Virus record (IMG/VR): IMGVR_UViG_3300049988_000118 | Coordinates: 1-64,000 of that record | Origin: a virus | Lineage: Duplodnaviria > Caudoviricetes | DNA: 64,000 bases | Strand: one strand, 5' to 3' | Shown here: positions 36,694 to 45,501 of the stretch, piece by piece | Layout: each line of letters begins with the position of its first letter | Position numbering within the stretch: the first letter of the stretch is position 1 | Notes under the pieces: model-generated | Databases searched by the model: none | Seen by the model: the letters and a program-made list of their open reading frames with translations, nothing else | Told to the model about the DNA's origin: nothing | Made by a program: the position numbers and the translations under genes

Positions 36694-37038
36694 CTACCGC
36701 GCGTCCACGATGCGACAGGACGCGGCGCCGAGAGTTTTCCCGTCCGCCTCGGCGATGCCGATGAAGTTCCGGCCTGTGACGGTAGCGCCCGGTTTGATGT
36801 TGCGGATAACCGAGGCCGCTTCACCCACGGGAGACCCGCCCGGACTTGCTACGGAGCAACTGACCTCGGCGACCTCCACCCGCGCCGAGCCGGCATTCCT
36901 CACCTGAATCACGGTCTCGACGGTCTCGCCGATGGCGCGCGGGCGTCCGGCCGTGACCGAGAGGTCATCCGCCATCCCCGCCGCGTGTGCGGCGTACGAT
37001 GACACGATCAGAGCGAGGGCGAGCAGGGCAGGGCGCAT
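36694..37038 (-). CDS. Secreted Ig-like hypothetical protein (FxLYD-like)
   Basis: Signal peptide MRPALLALALIVSSYAAHA; beta-rich with Cys pair. Confidence 0.6.
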   Translation of the reverse strand: MRPALLALALIVSSYAAHAAGMADDLSVTAGRPRAIGETVETVIQVRNAGSARVEVAEVSCSVASPGGSPVGEAASVIRNIKPGATVTGRNFIGIAEADGKTLGAASCRIVDAR

Positions 37039-37081
37039 GCCGGCAAGATAGCCGCCGGGGTGCAGTTGTCGAGACTAGCCC

Positions 37082-37234
37082 TCAACCGCGTACGGCATGC
37101 TGTTCACCCGCCGGGGCAGGCCGCTCGGCATGTGGATGCTTCCGGTTGAATCGGTACTTCAGCAGCGCGAAAAAACCGCCGCCTCCGACCACTGCCAAGC
37201 CGAGAGCGGACCATAGGAGCAGGGTAGGTGTCAC
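37082..37234 (-). CDS. Small single-TM protein (50 aa)
   Basis: GTG start overlapping the upstream GGAG; LLLWSALGLAVVGGGGFFALLKYR. Confidence 0.5.
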   Translation of the reverse strand: MTPTLLLWSALGLAVVGGGGFFALLKYRFNRKHPHAERPAPAGEQHAVRG

Positions 37235-37237
37235 GGA

Positions 37238-37609
37238 TCACTCCTCTGATTGCATCACAAGGAAATTTAGAACGTACGGGAAGATATGGAAGCCCAAAGA
37301 AATAACACACCATTGAACCGCGTTTCCGTCCAGAACCGCATCCGCGTCCCGAACGAACGGCACGATCGCCGCTGCCCCTAGAATGCCGGCCGCGAGAGTG
37401 TTGCAGAGCGCGTTGAAGTGCTTGAGGCACTCATTGATGCGCTTGGCGTCAAGCTTCCGCAATGCTGGGTTATCAGACGATGGCGGCGGTTTTCCTGAAC
37501 CAAAACTTGGAGAATTTATTTTTCGAGCCAGTGCCTCTGCTTCACCTTCAGCGAAGCTGTCAATCGATCGAAGGGGTGTTGTGCTTTTCTTAATGGCGCC
37601 AGTCATCAA
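37238..37609 (-). CDS. Two-TM membrane protein (cargo)
   Basis: Hydrophobic segments TLAAGILGAAAIVPFV and WCVISLGFHIFPYVLNFLV. Confidence 0.6.
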   Translation of the reverse strand: MMTGAIKKSTTPLRSIDSFAEGEAEALARKINSPSFGSGKPPPSSDNPALRKLDAKRINECLKHFNALCNTLAAGILGAAAIVPFVRDADAVLDGNAVQWCVISLGFHIFPYVLNFLVMQSEE

Positions 37610-37974
37610 CGTGACTGCCTTAAGATATTATAATTCATCAAATAAATCTCTCCCTTCGACGATCTAAAGGACATGATCACGAAGGATAGATAAAACTTGT
37701 GCGTTTCATCTTGAGCAAAGCTTTGGGTAATTCGCGCTCCGGTCGAGATTATATTGTCTCGACTTCGACGATGCACAAGAGATAGTATTTGATCATCGTC
37801 CAATTGAATTGTGGTTTCGGTATCCGTGCTTTCGTCGATACTCAACTTAAATCTGAATCGATATTCAGGATCGTCGTCGAAGGGCATCATAACGATGGTT
37901 TCTTCGGCGCCAAGAATAATTGAGCCTGAATGAATCAGCTCTCTTTTTCCGACTATGGCAGTGGGCCGAGTCAT
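37606..37974 (-). CDS. Hypothetical cargo protein (low GC)
   Basis: AT-rich ORF coupled to 37238..37609. Confidence 0.55.
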   Translation of the reverse strand: MTRPTAIVGKRELIHSGSIILGAEETIVMMPFDDDPEYRFRFKLSIDESTDTETTIQLDDDQILSLVHRRSRDNIISTGARITQSFAQDETHKFYLSFVIMSFRSSKGEIYLMNYNILRQSR

Positions 37975-38445
37975 ATGCAGATCCCAAGCGCGATCGGTGG
38001 GCAAGCCGCACACGGCTCGATCCAAGCGCTGTGCCTCTACCCTACGCGCACGACGAAACCCCCATCGCCTTGCAGGGCGTGGGGTTGTCGTGTCATGATG
38101 AACGTAGAGCCTGAGAACTCTCGCGACGGTCCCTTGCAGGGGATAGCGTCGCATCCTGTGACGGAAGCCCAACACCTTGCAGGGTGATGTGCCCCGTAAT
38201 GAACGTGCTCACCTCCCGGTGAGCGCGACCGGCTCACTATGCCGGGAGTGCGGCGACACGGTCAAGCAGAAATGCTCGACTGCGATACAAGAGCCCTTCG
38301 GGGTAAAGGTCGCCGCGCACGTTCTCACAGGCGTGTTCTCAGCCTCCCGGCGCCAGCACCGCATGCTGGCGTGGCCGAAAGCCCCTGAGAAGGCTCGAGG
38401 CCCCGGCCCTGAGAAGCCGGTTCGTACCTGTGAGAACCGAGATCC

Positions 38446-39135
38446 ATGACCACCACACAGACCCGCACGGCGCCTTCCCGGCGCGTGCCGCCGGCTGCCC
38501 GTCAGCCCGGCCCGGTGACGCTCGCCATACGCGCGCTGCGCCCGAACGAAGCCCCCACCTGGGAACAGCGTCAACGGGAGATCGATGCGGAGGAGCGGGC
38601 CACCCTGCGCGCCCTTCGCAAGCGCGTCGCTCAAGCCGTGTCGGACGGCATCGATTTCCTTGACGCAACCGGCAGGGATCCGGACCTCGATGCGGACTAC
38701 ACGACCACTGAGCGCGCCCCGGACGGCGGCCTACACACCGTCGGCCGCAGCACCGATGACGAGCCGAGCCTATGTGGCATCGGCGGCCACTTCGCGTTCG
38801 GGCATCAGCACGAGTTCCCGCAGACGGGTGGCGGCTGCGGTGAAAACGCCCACGACCTTGAGGGTGAGGACGAGCACGGGAGCGACTGCGACCGTGGGGA
38901 GGATTCGCTAGGCTCGCTCGGGGGCACCGCAAATGCTGTCGGCCACTCCCAACTGAATTGGGCGGGCGGCGGTGCGAACGATCTGGAGGCCGTGGACGAG
39001 GACGGCGGCGATATCCAAGACGCCCCTCACGATGGTGACGAGCGCGAGGACGGCGACGACAACGGCATCGGCGACCTTGAAGGCTTGCACGAACAGTTCG
39101 CCGGCACCCGGTACGCCTTCGCTGGTGCCGTATGA
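38446..39135 (+). CDS. Acidic Asp/Gly-rich hypothetical protein
   Basis: 229-aa ORF with DEPSL and DDNGIGD acidic motifs. Confidence 0.65.
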   Translation: MTTTQTRTAPSRRVPPAARQPGPVTLAIRALRPNEAPTWEQRQREIDAEERATLRALRKRVAQAVSDGIDFLDATGRDPDLDADYTTTERAPDGGLHTVGRSTDDEPSLCGIGGHFAFGHQHEFPQTGGGCGENAHDLEGEDEHGSDCDRGEDSLGSLGGTANAVGHSQLNWAGGGANDLEAVDEDGGDIQDAPHDGDEREDGDDNGIGDLEGLHEQFAGTRYAFAGAV

Positions 39136-39593
39136 GCGCCCCCGCATCGCGCCGGGGATTCCTCTCCGGTCTCGCCGTCCTGCCGTCTCTCACGGTAGTG
39201 GCAACTGCCGCTGCAAGCCCCGACGCGCCGTTACTTGATTTGGCGCCGCGCCTTGTCCCGCTGCTGGACCGATACGACCGGCTTTGGGCGGCGCAGGGTG
39301 GCACCTACGAGGCCGGCATCGCTGAAGTGCAGCGAGCAACGAGGAGAGGGGCATCTTGGGGGGAGGCACAATCGGCTTCTCCCTTGTGGCGGAAGTACAT
39401 GAGCGCCAGGGCGCCGGCCGATCGCATAGGGGACATAATCGACCCTCTGATTGAACCTTTATGGGATCATCGCGCGGTCACCGTGCCGGGCCTGTTACTC
39501 AAAGCCAGGATCGCCGCGACCTTCGATAGCTGGGAAGGCGACGTCTTCGATGACGTTCGCGCCATGGTGAAGGCAGGTACTCTCCTGACTTAA
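39132..39593 (+). CDS. Hypothetical protein with Tat-like N-terminus
   Basis: SRRGFL motif followed by a hydrophobic stretch. Confidence 0.6.
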   Translation: MSAPASRRGFLSGLAVLPSLTVVATAAASPDAPLLDLAPRLVPLLDRYDRLWAAQGGTYEAGIAEVQRATRRGASWGEAQSASPLWRKYMSARAPADRIGDIIDPLIEPLWDHRAVTVPGLLLKARIAATFDSWEGDVFDDVRAMVKAGTLLT

Positions 39594-39748
39594 CCCCCGG
39601 CCCGGCCGCCCGCACGGACGCCTCAGATCTGAGGGCGCGGTGCCGTACCGCGCCAATCCGGAGCCCGGCCGGGCCTCACGAACGCCGCTCGCGCAATCCC
39701 GCGCGGGCGGCATTCGCCGTACCGCACGGCGCAATTCGTGAGGATGCC

Positions 39749-40537
39749 ATGACCACGACACCCACGGTCCACATCACCGACGGCAAACCCATGGCGGACA
39801 GCCGTGAGATCGCCGCCACTTTCGGCCGGCAGCACAAAGACGTGCTCCGAGCCTATCGAGAGCTCGCATGCTCCGCGGATTTCAGGCAGCGCAATTTTGC
39901 GCCGTTTCATTCCAAGGACTTAAGCGGGTCCACCCTCTCCCACGTCCTGATGACCAAGAACGGGTTCGCCTTCCTCGTCCTCGGCTTCACCGGCGCGCCG
40001 GCCGCCGTCTTCAAGGAGGCGTACATCGAGCGGTTCGACGCGATGGAGGAGGCGCTACGGGGCAAGGCGATCCTGGCCGTTCCGACCACCTTCGCCGAGG
40101 CCCTACAGCTTGCCGCCGACAACCAACGGCAGGTTGAAGCGCAGGCCGCACAGATCGCCGTCCTGGCCCCACGCAGCGAGGCCCTGGCGACCATCGCCGA
40201 CGGGGAGGGGACGTTCTGCATCCGCGACGCGGCCAAGATGCTTCAGGTCACGGAAAGCGGCCTGACGGCCTACCTGTCGGGCAACGACTGGATCTATCGA
40301 CGCGAGCCCGGCGGGCCATGGGTGGCGACCGCCCGGCGGTTCGGACAGGGCTGGATCACCACGAAGGTGATTCCGGTCGAGGTCGGCAACGGCAAGGTCT
40401 GGAACAAGCCGCAGGCCCGCATCACGAGCGCCGGCTTGACGGTCCTGGCGATGCGCTTGGGCAAGCCCGTGCCGGCGGGCCTCGCAGCATCGGCCCCGCT
40501 CATCGAACACGCGGCTCGGCCGCAGGGAGGACACTGA
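39749..40537 (+). CDS. rha: Rha-family regulator fused to antirepressor KilAC/ANT domain
   Basis: DSREIAATFGRQHKDVLR, MTKNGFAFLVLGFTG, YIERFDAME; C-terminal FCIRDAAKMLQ...WIYRR. Confidence 0.88.
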   Translation: MTTTPTVHITDGKPMADSREIAATFGRQHKDVLRAYRELACSADFRQRNFAPFHSKDLSGSTLSHVLMTKNGFAFLVLGFTGAPAAVFKEAYIERFDAMEEALRGKAILAVPTTFAEALQLAADNQRQVEAQAAQIAVLAPRSEALATIADGEGTFCIRDAAKMLQVTESGLTAYLSGNDWIYRREPGGPWVATARRFGQGWITTKVIPVEVGNGKVWNKPQARITSAGLTVLAMRLGKPVPAGLAASAPLIEHAARPQGGH

Positions 40538-40538
40538 G

Positions 40539-41741
40539 ATGGCGAGCGTCAGGAAGCTCAAGAAGGATGACCCCGCGTCTCCATGGATCGTTGAATACAC
40601 GGACCCGTCGACGGGCAAGCGGGTGCGCAAGACCCCTAAGTCGGGACTGAAAAAGGACGCCGATGCCCTGCGTCGGAAGATCGAGGCGGAGATCGATGGA
40701 GGCATTCACACCGCCCCTTCGACCTCGCCCACGATCGCTGACCTGGGCGACACCTTCGTTCGGAACGCGGCGGAGCGCCTATCGGACGGCCGGATCGGGC
40801 GAAGCCGTTATGCCATCATCGTCTACACGGTGGAGAATTGCCTAAAACCGCACCTTGGTCGCATGAAGCTTTGTGGCCTGAAGCGCGAGGACGTGGAGGG
40901 CTGGTATAACTGGCTGCGCAAGGAAAAGAAGCTTGCCCCGGTCACGTCGAAAGGGCGGGTCATCATTTTCCAGATGATCGAGGACTTTGCGGTCCGCCGG
41001 TCATGGACGAAGCTGACGCCGGTGCGCGACTACCTCAAGGATCTCACCGGCATCCGGCAATCACGTGTGCGGACCTTCAGCGCGGAGCAGGCCGCGCAGG
41101 TGCTCGCGACTGCCGCCCATCGAGCCCCCGGCTTCAAGCTGCGGGCGCACGCCTACACCGAATGCATGGTTAACCTCGCGGCTTGCTGTGGCCTCCGGTA
41201 CGGGGAGATCCTGGGATTGTCCCTCGATGACGTGTTCTTCGATGACCGGCGCCTCTACATCCGGCACAGCCTCACGGACTGGGACGAGTTAAAGGGGCCG
41301 AAGACAGTCGCCGGCGTCCGCAACATTCCTTTGCCGCAGCACGTCGCTGACATGCTCACGGCCTGGATCGCCAACGGCTACGTGGCGAACGAGCGCCGGT
41401 TGCTGTTCCGGACATCATCGGGCGGCATCATCAGTGCCGCGAGCTTCCACAAGGCGACGTGGGGGCCGTTGCTGATCCGTGCAGGGCTCGGCGAAGGGAA
41501 GCGTTTCCACTTCCACGCCCTGCGCCATTTCGCGTCGAGCTGGATGATCGCGAACGGCCTGCCCGTGACCGACGTGGCGCGCCTCATGGGGCACAGCCAT
41601 TTCGACACGACGCTCCAGGTCTACGCGCACCCGGTCATCGCGAACCACCGGCACCAGGAGGCTTTCGACCGGATGGCGAGCAATCTGAAGCTGGAATTGC
41701 CTGCGCCAGGGGAGACCTCGCGCGACATGGCGCCGGCCTGA
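40539..41741 (+). CDS. int: Tyrosine recombinase/integrase of the satellite
   Basis: Catalytic residues GLRYGE (R), GPKT (K), HALRH, MGH, QVYAH (Y); ends 70 bp from attR. Confidence 0.95.
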   Translation: MASVRKLKKDDPASPWIVEYTDPSTGKRVRKTPKSGLKKDADALRRKIEAEIDGGIHTAPSTSPTIADLGDTFVRNAAERLSDGRIGRSRYAIIVYTVENCLKPHLGRMKLCGLKREDVEGWYNWLRKEKKLAPVTSKGRVIIFQMIEDFAVRRSWTKLTPVRDYLKDLTGIRQSRVRTFSAEQAAQVLATAAHRAPGFKLRAHAYTECMVNLAACCGLRYGEILGLSLDDVFFDDRRLYIRHSLTDWDELKGPKTVAGVRNIPLPQHVADMLTAWIANGYVANERRLLFRTSSGGIISAASFHKATWGPLLIRAGLGEGKRFHFHALRHFASSWMIANGLPVTDVARLMGHSHFDTTLQVYAHPVIANHRHQEAFDRMASNLKLELPAPGETSRDMAPA

Positions 41742-41811
41742 ACGCGACATAAATGCGGATGCGGCTGGACGCATCCAGCGTTTTCAATGACTTAGCACAT
41801 GGGTAAGAGTT

Positions 41812-41821
41812 AACATCAGAC
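41812..41821 (+). repeat. attR core AACATCAGAC
   Basis: Direct repeat with 23922-23931. Confidence 0.92.
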
Positions 41822-42188
41822 GCTCGTGTTCCAACTGTGCCGGCCGGTCTGGGCGCGCTGGATCGCGACCGCCGCGCTTGCCGGCTCCATCCCGGGGCTG
41901 ACGCCGGCGACCTTCGCCCGCAATCGCGCGGCGCTTTCGACGGTGAAGTGGCAGCCCCCGAAGTGGGACTGGGTCGATCCGCTAAAAGACCTCAAGGCCG
42001 ACGAGCTCGCGATCAAGATGGGCATCCTGCCCAGGTCGGACGCGATCGAGGCCCGCGGCGGCGACGCCGAAGAGGTCGATGCGCGGCGCAAGGAAGACCA
42101 GGACCGCGCCAACAGCCTCGAGCTTCGGCTCGACGGCGGCACGGTCGACGATCCGAACCCGGTCACCGACGCCGCTGACGCGGCCTGA
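41822..42188 (+). pseudogene. Portal protein, 3' part
   Basis: LVFQLCRPVWARW...WQPPKWDWVDPLKD..AD...IKMGILPRSD is a lambda-portal C-terminus, in frame with the 5' part after excision. Confidence 0.95.
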
Positions 42189-42202
42189 ACGGACACCCCA
42201 TC

Positions 42203-43411
42203 ATGGATTATGGCTACGGCTCCGGCCGCGACCTCTTGGTCGATGGCTGCCTCGTGCTTCACGGCATGGTCGGCGGTGACTTCTGGGACGAGGGCTTCAC
42301 CTCGACCGACGTCATCCGCGCGCTCGCCGTCCTCGGCCGCAACGCCGACGTGACGGTGCGGATCAACTCCGGTGGCGGCATCGCCACCGAGGGCTCGGCG
42401 ATCCACGCCATCCTCACGGCCCACAAGGGCCGCGTCACCACCGTCGTCGAGGGCATCGCCGCGTCCGCCGCCTCCATCATCGCGATGGCCGGCGACGAGC
42501 GCGTCATGGCGATGGGCGCCCTGATGATGATCCACGATCCGTCGGGCCTGACCATGGGCACGGCCGAGGACCACCTCGACACCGCCCAGGCGCTTGAGGT
42601 GATCGCGGCGTCGATGGCGTCGATATACGCCGAGGCCACCAAGCGGCCCGTCGAAGAGATCCGTGCCGAGATGTCGGCCGAGACGTGGCTGACGGCCGAA
42701 GAGGCCATCGCCAAGGGCTATTCCGATCGCGTCGGCGCCGCCAACGACGACGAGCCCGCACCCTTCCCCTTCCGCTCCTACGCACACGCCCCTGAGCGCT
42801 TCGTCGCCATGGCGGATGCCCGGGGCTGGAGCGGGCGAAAGCCCGTCACCCCGCGAGCCCCTGCGCTCGCGTCCACCCATCCCACCAAGGAGGCACCCAT
42901 GCCGGGTTCCGACACCACGGCTGCGGGCGCTTCCGCGGCCGACACCACGGCCAACACCGACAACGTCGTCCAGCTCGACGAGGCCCGCGCCGCCGGCCGC
43001 GCCGAGGCCCTCGCCACCGCCGTGCCGCGCGCGGCGGCCTCCGAGATCGCCAAGCTGTGCCTCGACGGCGGCGTGGCGGAGATGACCGCTTCGCTCCTCG
43101 CCGAGGGCGCCTCGGTCGAGCAGGCCAAGGGCCGCATCCAGGCGGCCGGCCAGATCAAGGAGCTCGTCGCCCTGGCGCGCCGCTCCAACCCGCAGATCCC
43201 CGAGGTTTTCGCCTCGACCATGCTGTCCGAGGGCAAGACCCTCGACCAGGCCCGCGCGGCGCTCTTCGACCAGATGGTCGCCCGCGACGAGGAGACCACG
43301 GTCACCTCACACCAGCCCTCGACCCGCCAGGGGCCCGCCGGGCCCGCCGCGGCGAAGGCGAACATGCGCGCTCAGCTCGAGCGGTCCGGCCTCATTAAGA
43401 AGGGAGCCTGA
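42203..43411 (+). CDS. Prophage ClpP-type head maturation protease-scaffold
   Basis: RINSGGG, SAAS, MIHDP, ETW; located after the portal. Confidence 0.92.
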   Translation: MDYGYGSGRDLLVDGCLVLHGMVGGDFWDEGFTSTDVIRALAVLGRNADVTVRINSGGGIATEGSAIHAILTAHKGRVTTVVEGIAASAASIIAMAGDERVMAMGALMMIHDPSGLTMGTAEDHLDTAQALEVIAASMASIYAEATKRPVEEIRAEMSAETWLTAEEAIAKGYSDRVGAANDDEPAPFPFRSYAHAPERFVAMADARGWSGRKPVTPRAPALASTHPTKEAPMPGSDTTAAGASAADTTANTDNVVQLDEARAAGRAEALATAVPRAAASEIAKLCLDGGVAEMTASLLAEGASVEQAKGRIQAAGQIKELVALARRSNPQIPEVFASTMLSEGKTLDQARAALFDQMVARDEETTVTSHQPSTRQGPAGPAAAKANMRAQLERSGLIKKGA

Positions 43412-43413
43412 AC

Positions 43414-43797
43414 ATGGCACTGACCCTGAACAGCCCCGTCTATGTGGCGGACTGGCTGAAGTACGAATCCCCCAGCTACCATTCGCGGGACACCGCCACC
43501 ATTGCCTCGGGTAGCGGGGTGCTGGTCTCTGGCACCGTGCTGGCCAAGGTCACGGCGACCGGCAAGTACGTGCCCGCCGCGGCCACGGGTGCCGATGGCT
43601 CCCAGACCGCCGTCGCTTGCCTTATCACCCCCGTCGACGCGACCAGCGCCGACGTCAAGGCGGTGATCCTCACCCGCCACGCCGACGTGAGCCACGCCGG
43701 CATCACCTATGGCCCCACCATCACCGATGCAACGAAGCGCGCGACTGTTCAGACACAGCTCGCTGCGGTGGGCATCGTCACGCGTGAAGGAGCGTAA
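43414..43797 (+). CDS. Head decoration protein (lambda gpD-like)
   Basis: GTVLAKVTATGKYVP...DGSQTAVACL; located between protease and capsid. Confidence 0.88.
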   Translation: MALTLNSPVYVADWLKYESPSYHSRDTATIASGSGVLVSGTVLAKVTATGKYVPAAATGADGSQTAVACLITPVDATSADVKAVILTRHADVSHAGITYGPTITDATKRATVQTQLAAVGIVTREGA

Positions 43798-43800
43798 CCG

Positions 43801-44847
43801 ATGCCCGAGATCCTCGACATCTTCAACGACGCCGCGTTCAGCGCCGTCTCGCTGACGGACACCGTCAATATCGTCCCGAACACCTACGGGCGGATCAACG
43901 AACTCGGCCTGTTCCAGAACGAGCCCGTGAGCACCACGTCGGTGGCGATCGACATCGCCAACGGCGTGCTCAACCTGCTGCCGATGCGCCCCCGCGGCGG
44001 GCCGGCCAGCGTTGGCACCCGTGAGCGCCAGAACCTCCAGGCGTTCGTAGTCCCGCACATCCCGCACGACGACAGCGTCCTGGCGCTCGACGTGCAGAAC
44101 ATGCTGGCCCGGGCCCCGCAGCTCGGCCTGGAATCGGTGATCGGCGCGGTGAACCGCAAGCTCATCACCATGCGCCGGAAGCATGCGATCACCCTGGAGA
44201 ACCTCCGCATGGGGGCGCTCAAGGGCCGGATCCTCGACTACGACGGCACCGTCGTGATCGACCTGTTTGCCCGCTTCGGCGTCACCGAGAAGACGATCGA
44301 CTTCGCTCTCGGCACGCCCGGCACGGACGTCGGCGGCAAGCTCCGTGAGCTTTCGGGCTACATGGAAGACAGCCTGATGGGCGACACCATGACGGGCGTC
44401 CATGGCTTCGCGTCGCCCACGTGGTTCGCGAAGTACATCGCCCACGCCAGCGTCAAGGACGCCTTCAAGTTCTACACCTCGACGCAGGACCCGAATCGCC
44501 AGGATGTGCGGCGCGGCTTCACCTACCAGGGCGTGACCATCGAGGAGTACCGCGGCTCGGCGACCTACCTCAATGCTGACGGCACCACCTCGACCGTGAC
44601 CCGCTTCATCCCCGATGGCGACGTGCGGTTTTTCCCCATCGGTACTGGCGAGACCTTCGTCAACTGGTGGGCCCCACCGGACTTCGTCGACGAGGTCAAC
44701 ACGGCCCCGGGCCTCGAAGCCCAGGTCTTCGTCGCTCCCCTCGAGCGGATGAAGTTCGGCAAGGGCGTGGACGTCCACACCGAGTCCAACCCGCTCCCCC
44801 TCTGCAAGCGCCCGAACCTACTGGTTCGCGGCTTCTCCTCGAACTGA
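43801..44847 (+). CDS. Major capsid protein, lambda gpE family
   Basis: VPHIPHDDSV, TLENLRMGALKG, FTYQGVTIEEY, ESNPLPLCKRP. Confidence 0.93.
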   Translation: MPEILDIFNDAAFSAVSLTDTVNIVPNTYGRINELGLFQNEPVSTTSVAIDIANGVLNLLPMRPRGGPASVGTRERQNLQAFVVPHIPHDDSVLALDVQNMLARAPQLGLESVIGAVNRKLITMRRKHAITLENLRMGALKGRILDYDGTVVIDLFARFGVTEKTIDFALGTPGTDVGGKLRELSGYMEDSLMGDTMTGVHGFASPTWFAKYIAHASVKDAFKFYTSTQDPNRQDVRRGFTYQGVTIEEYRGSATYLNADGTTSTVTRFIPDGDVRFFPIGTGETFVNWWAPPDFVDEVNTAPGLEAQVFVAPLERMKFGKGVDVHTESNPLPLCKRPNLLVRGFSSN

Positions 44848-44858
44848 CGGAGGCCGAC

Positions 44859-45080
44859 ATGGCACTGATCAAGGAAAAGGGCGGCAAGGACGAGGACGCC
44901 GTGCCCATGGACTTCGGGCAGGCTCAGTCCGCGCTCGCTACGGGCAAGTACGTCGAGGTCCTGCCGGAAGGCGCCGAGGCCGGCCCGGAGATCCACGGCG
45001 GCGTCTGGGGCAACGAGCCCGTGGACGCGAAGGCCGAGGATGTGAAGGCCAAGGCCGACGCCGGACACAAGGGCAAGTAG
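44859..45080 (+). CDS. Small hypothetical head-region protein
   Basis: GGAGG RBS; immediately after the capsid gene. Confidence 0.6.
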   Translation: MALIKEKGGKDEDAVPMDFGQAQSALATGKYVEVLPEGAEAGPEIHGGVWGNEPVDAKAEDVKAKADAGHKGK

Positions 45081-45087
45081 CCCGCAC

Positions 45088-45501
45088 GTGTCCGTCTTTA
45101 ACGACGTCGACGACGACATGCAGGATGCCCTCGACGACGCGTTCGGCGAGGGCATCCGCATCATCCCGCAGGGTGAGCGGGGCTGGCGCGGGCAGGGTGG
45201 TATCGACCCCAATCGCCCGGTCCGGGACATTCAGGGCCGGTATCGCTCGACACCGACCACCTCCGAGATGGAGGGCAACCGCGAGGGCTCGCGCTTCCAG
45301 AGCATGAGCCGGATCTCGACCCGGTCGCATGCCCTGCGGATCTCCCCGGCTGAGATCACAGCGCTGGGCTATGCACCGATCGCCGGCGACACCGTCACTC
45401 TCACCACCCGCATCGACCAACCGACGTTCACCGTCACTTCCGTCGGCCTGCGCGATAGCGGGGAGACGCAGCTCGAACTCGTCTCCGGAGCGGTCGCATG
45501 A
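45088..45501 (+). CDS. Head-tail joining/closure protein (FII-like)
   Basis: Position; AGDTVT...FTVTSV pattern. Confidence 0.6.
   Translation: MSVFNDVDDDMQDALDDAFGEGIRIIPQGERGWRGQGGIDPNRPVRDIQGRYRSTPTTSEMEGNREGSRFQSMSRISTRSHALRISPAEITALGYAPIAGDTVTLTTRIDQPTFTVTSVGLRDSGETQLELVSGAVA

Larger units (their letters stand above)
23922..41821. mobile_element. Putative phage satellite (17.9 kb) integrated in the prophage portal gene
   Basis: att repeats, tyrosine integrase, AlpA-like HTH, primase-helicase, cos copy, TerS, protease-scaffold, TAC, TMP; no capsid, portal or TerL. Confidence 0.92.

Noticed and set aside
23922-41821. cf-PICI or a second complete prophage
   Set aside because: No major capsid, portal, TerL or head-tail connector genes are recognisable; cf-PICIs have these and lack tail genes. 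A decayed prophage is not fully excluded, but the retained genes are intact, coupled and selective.
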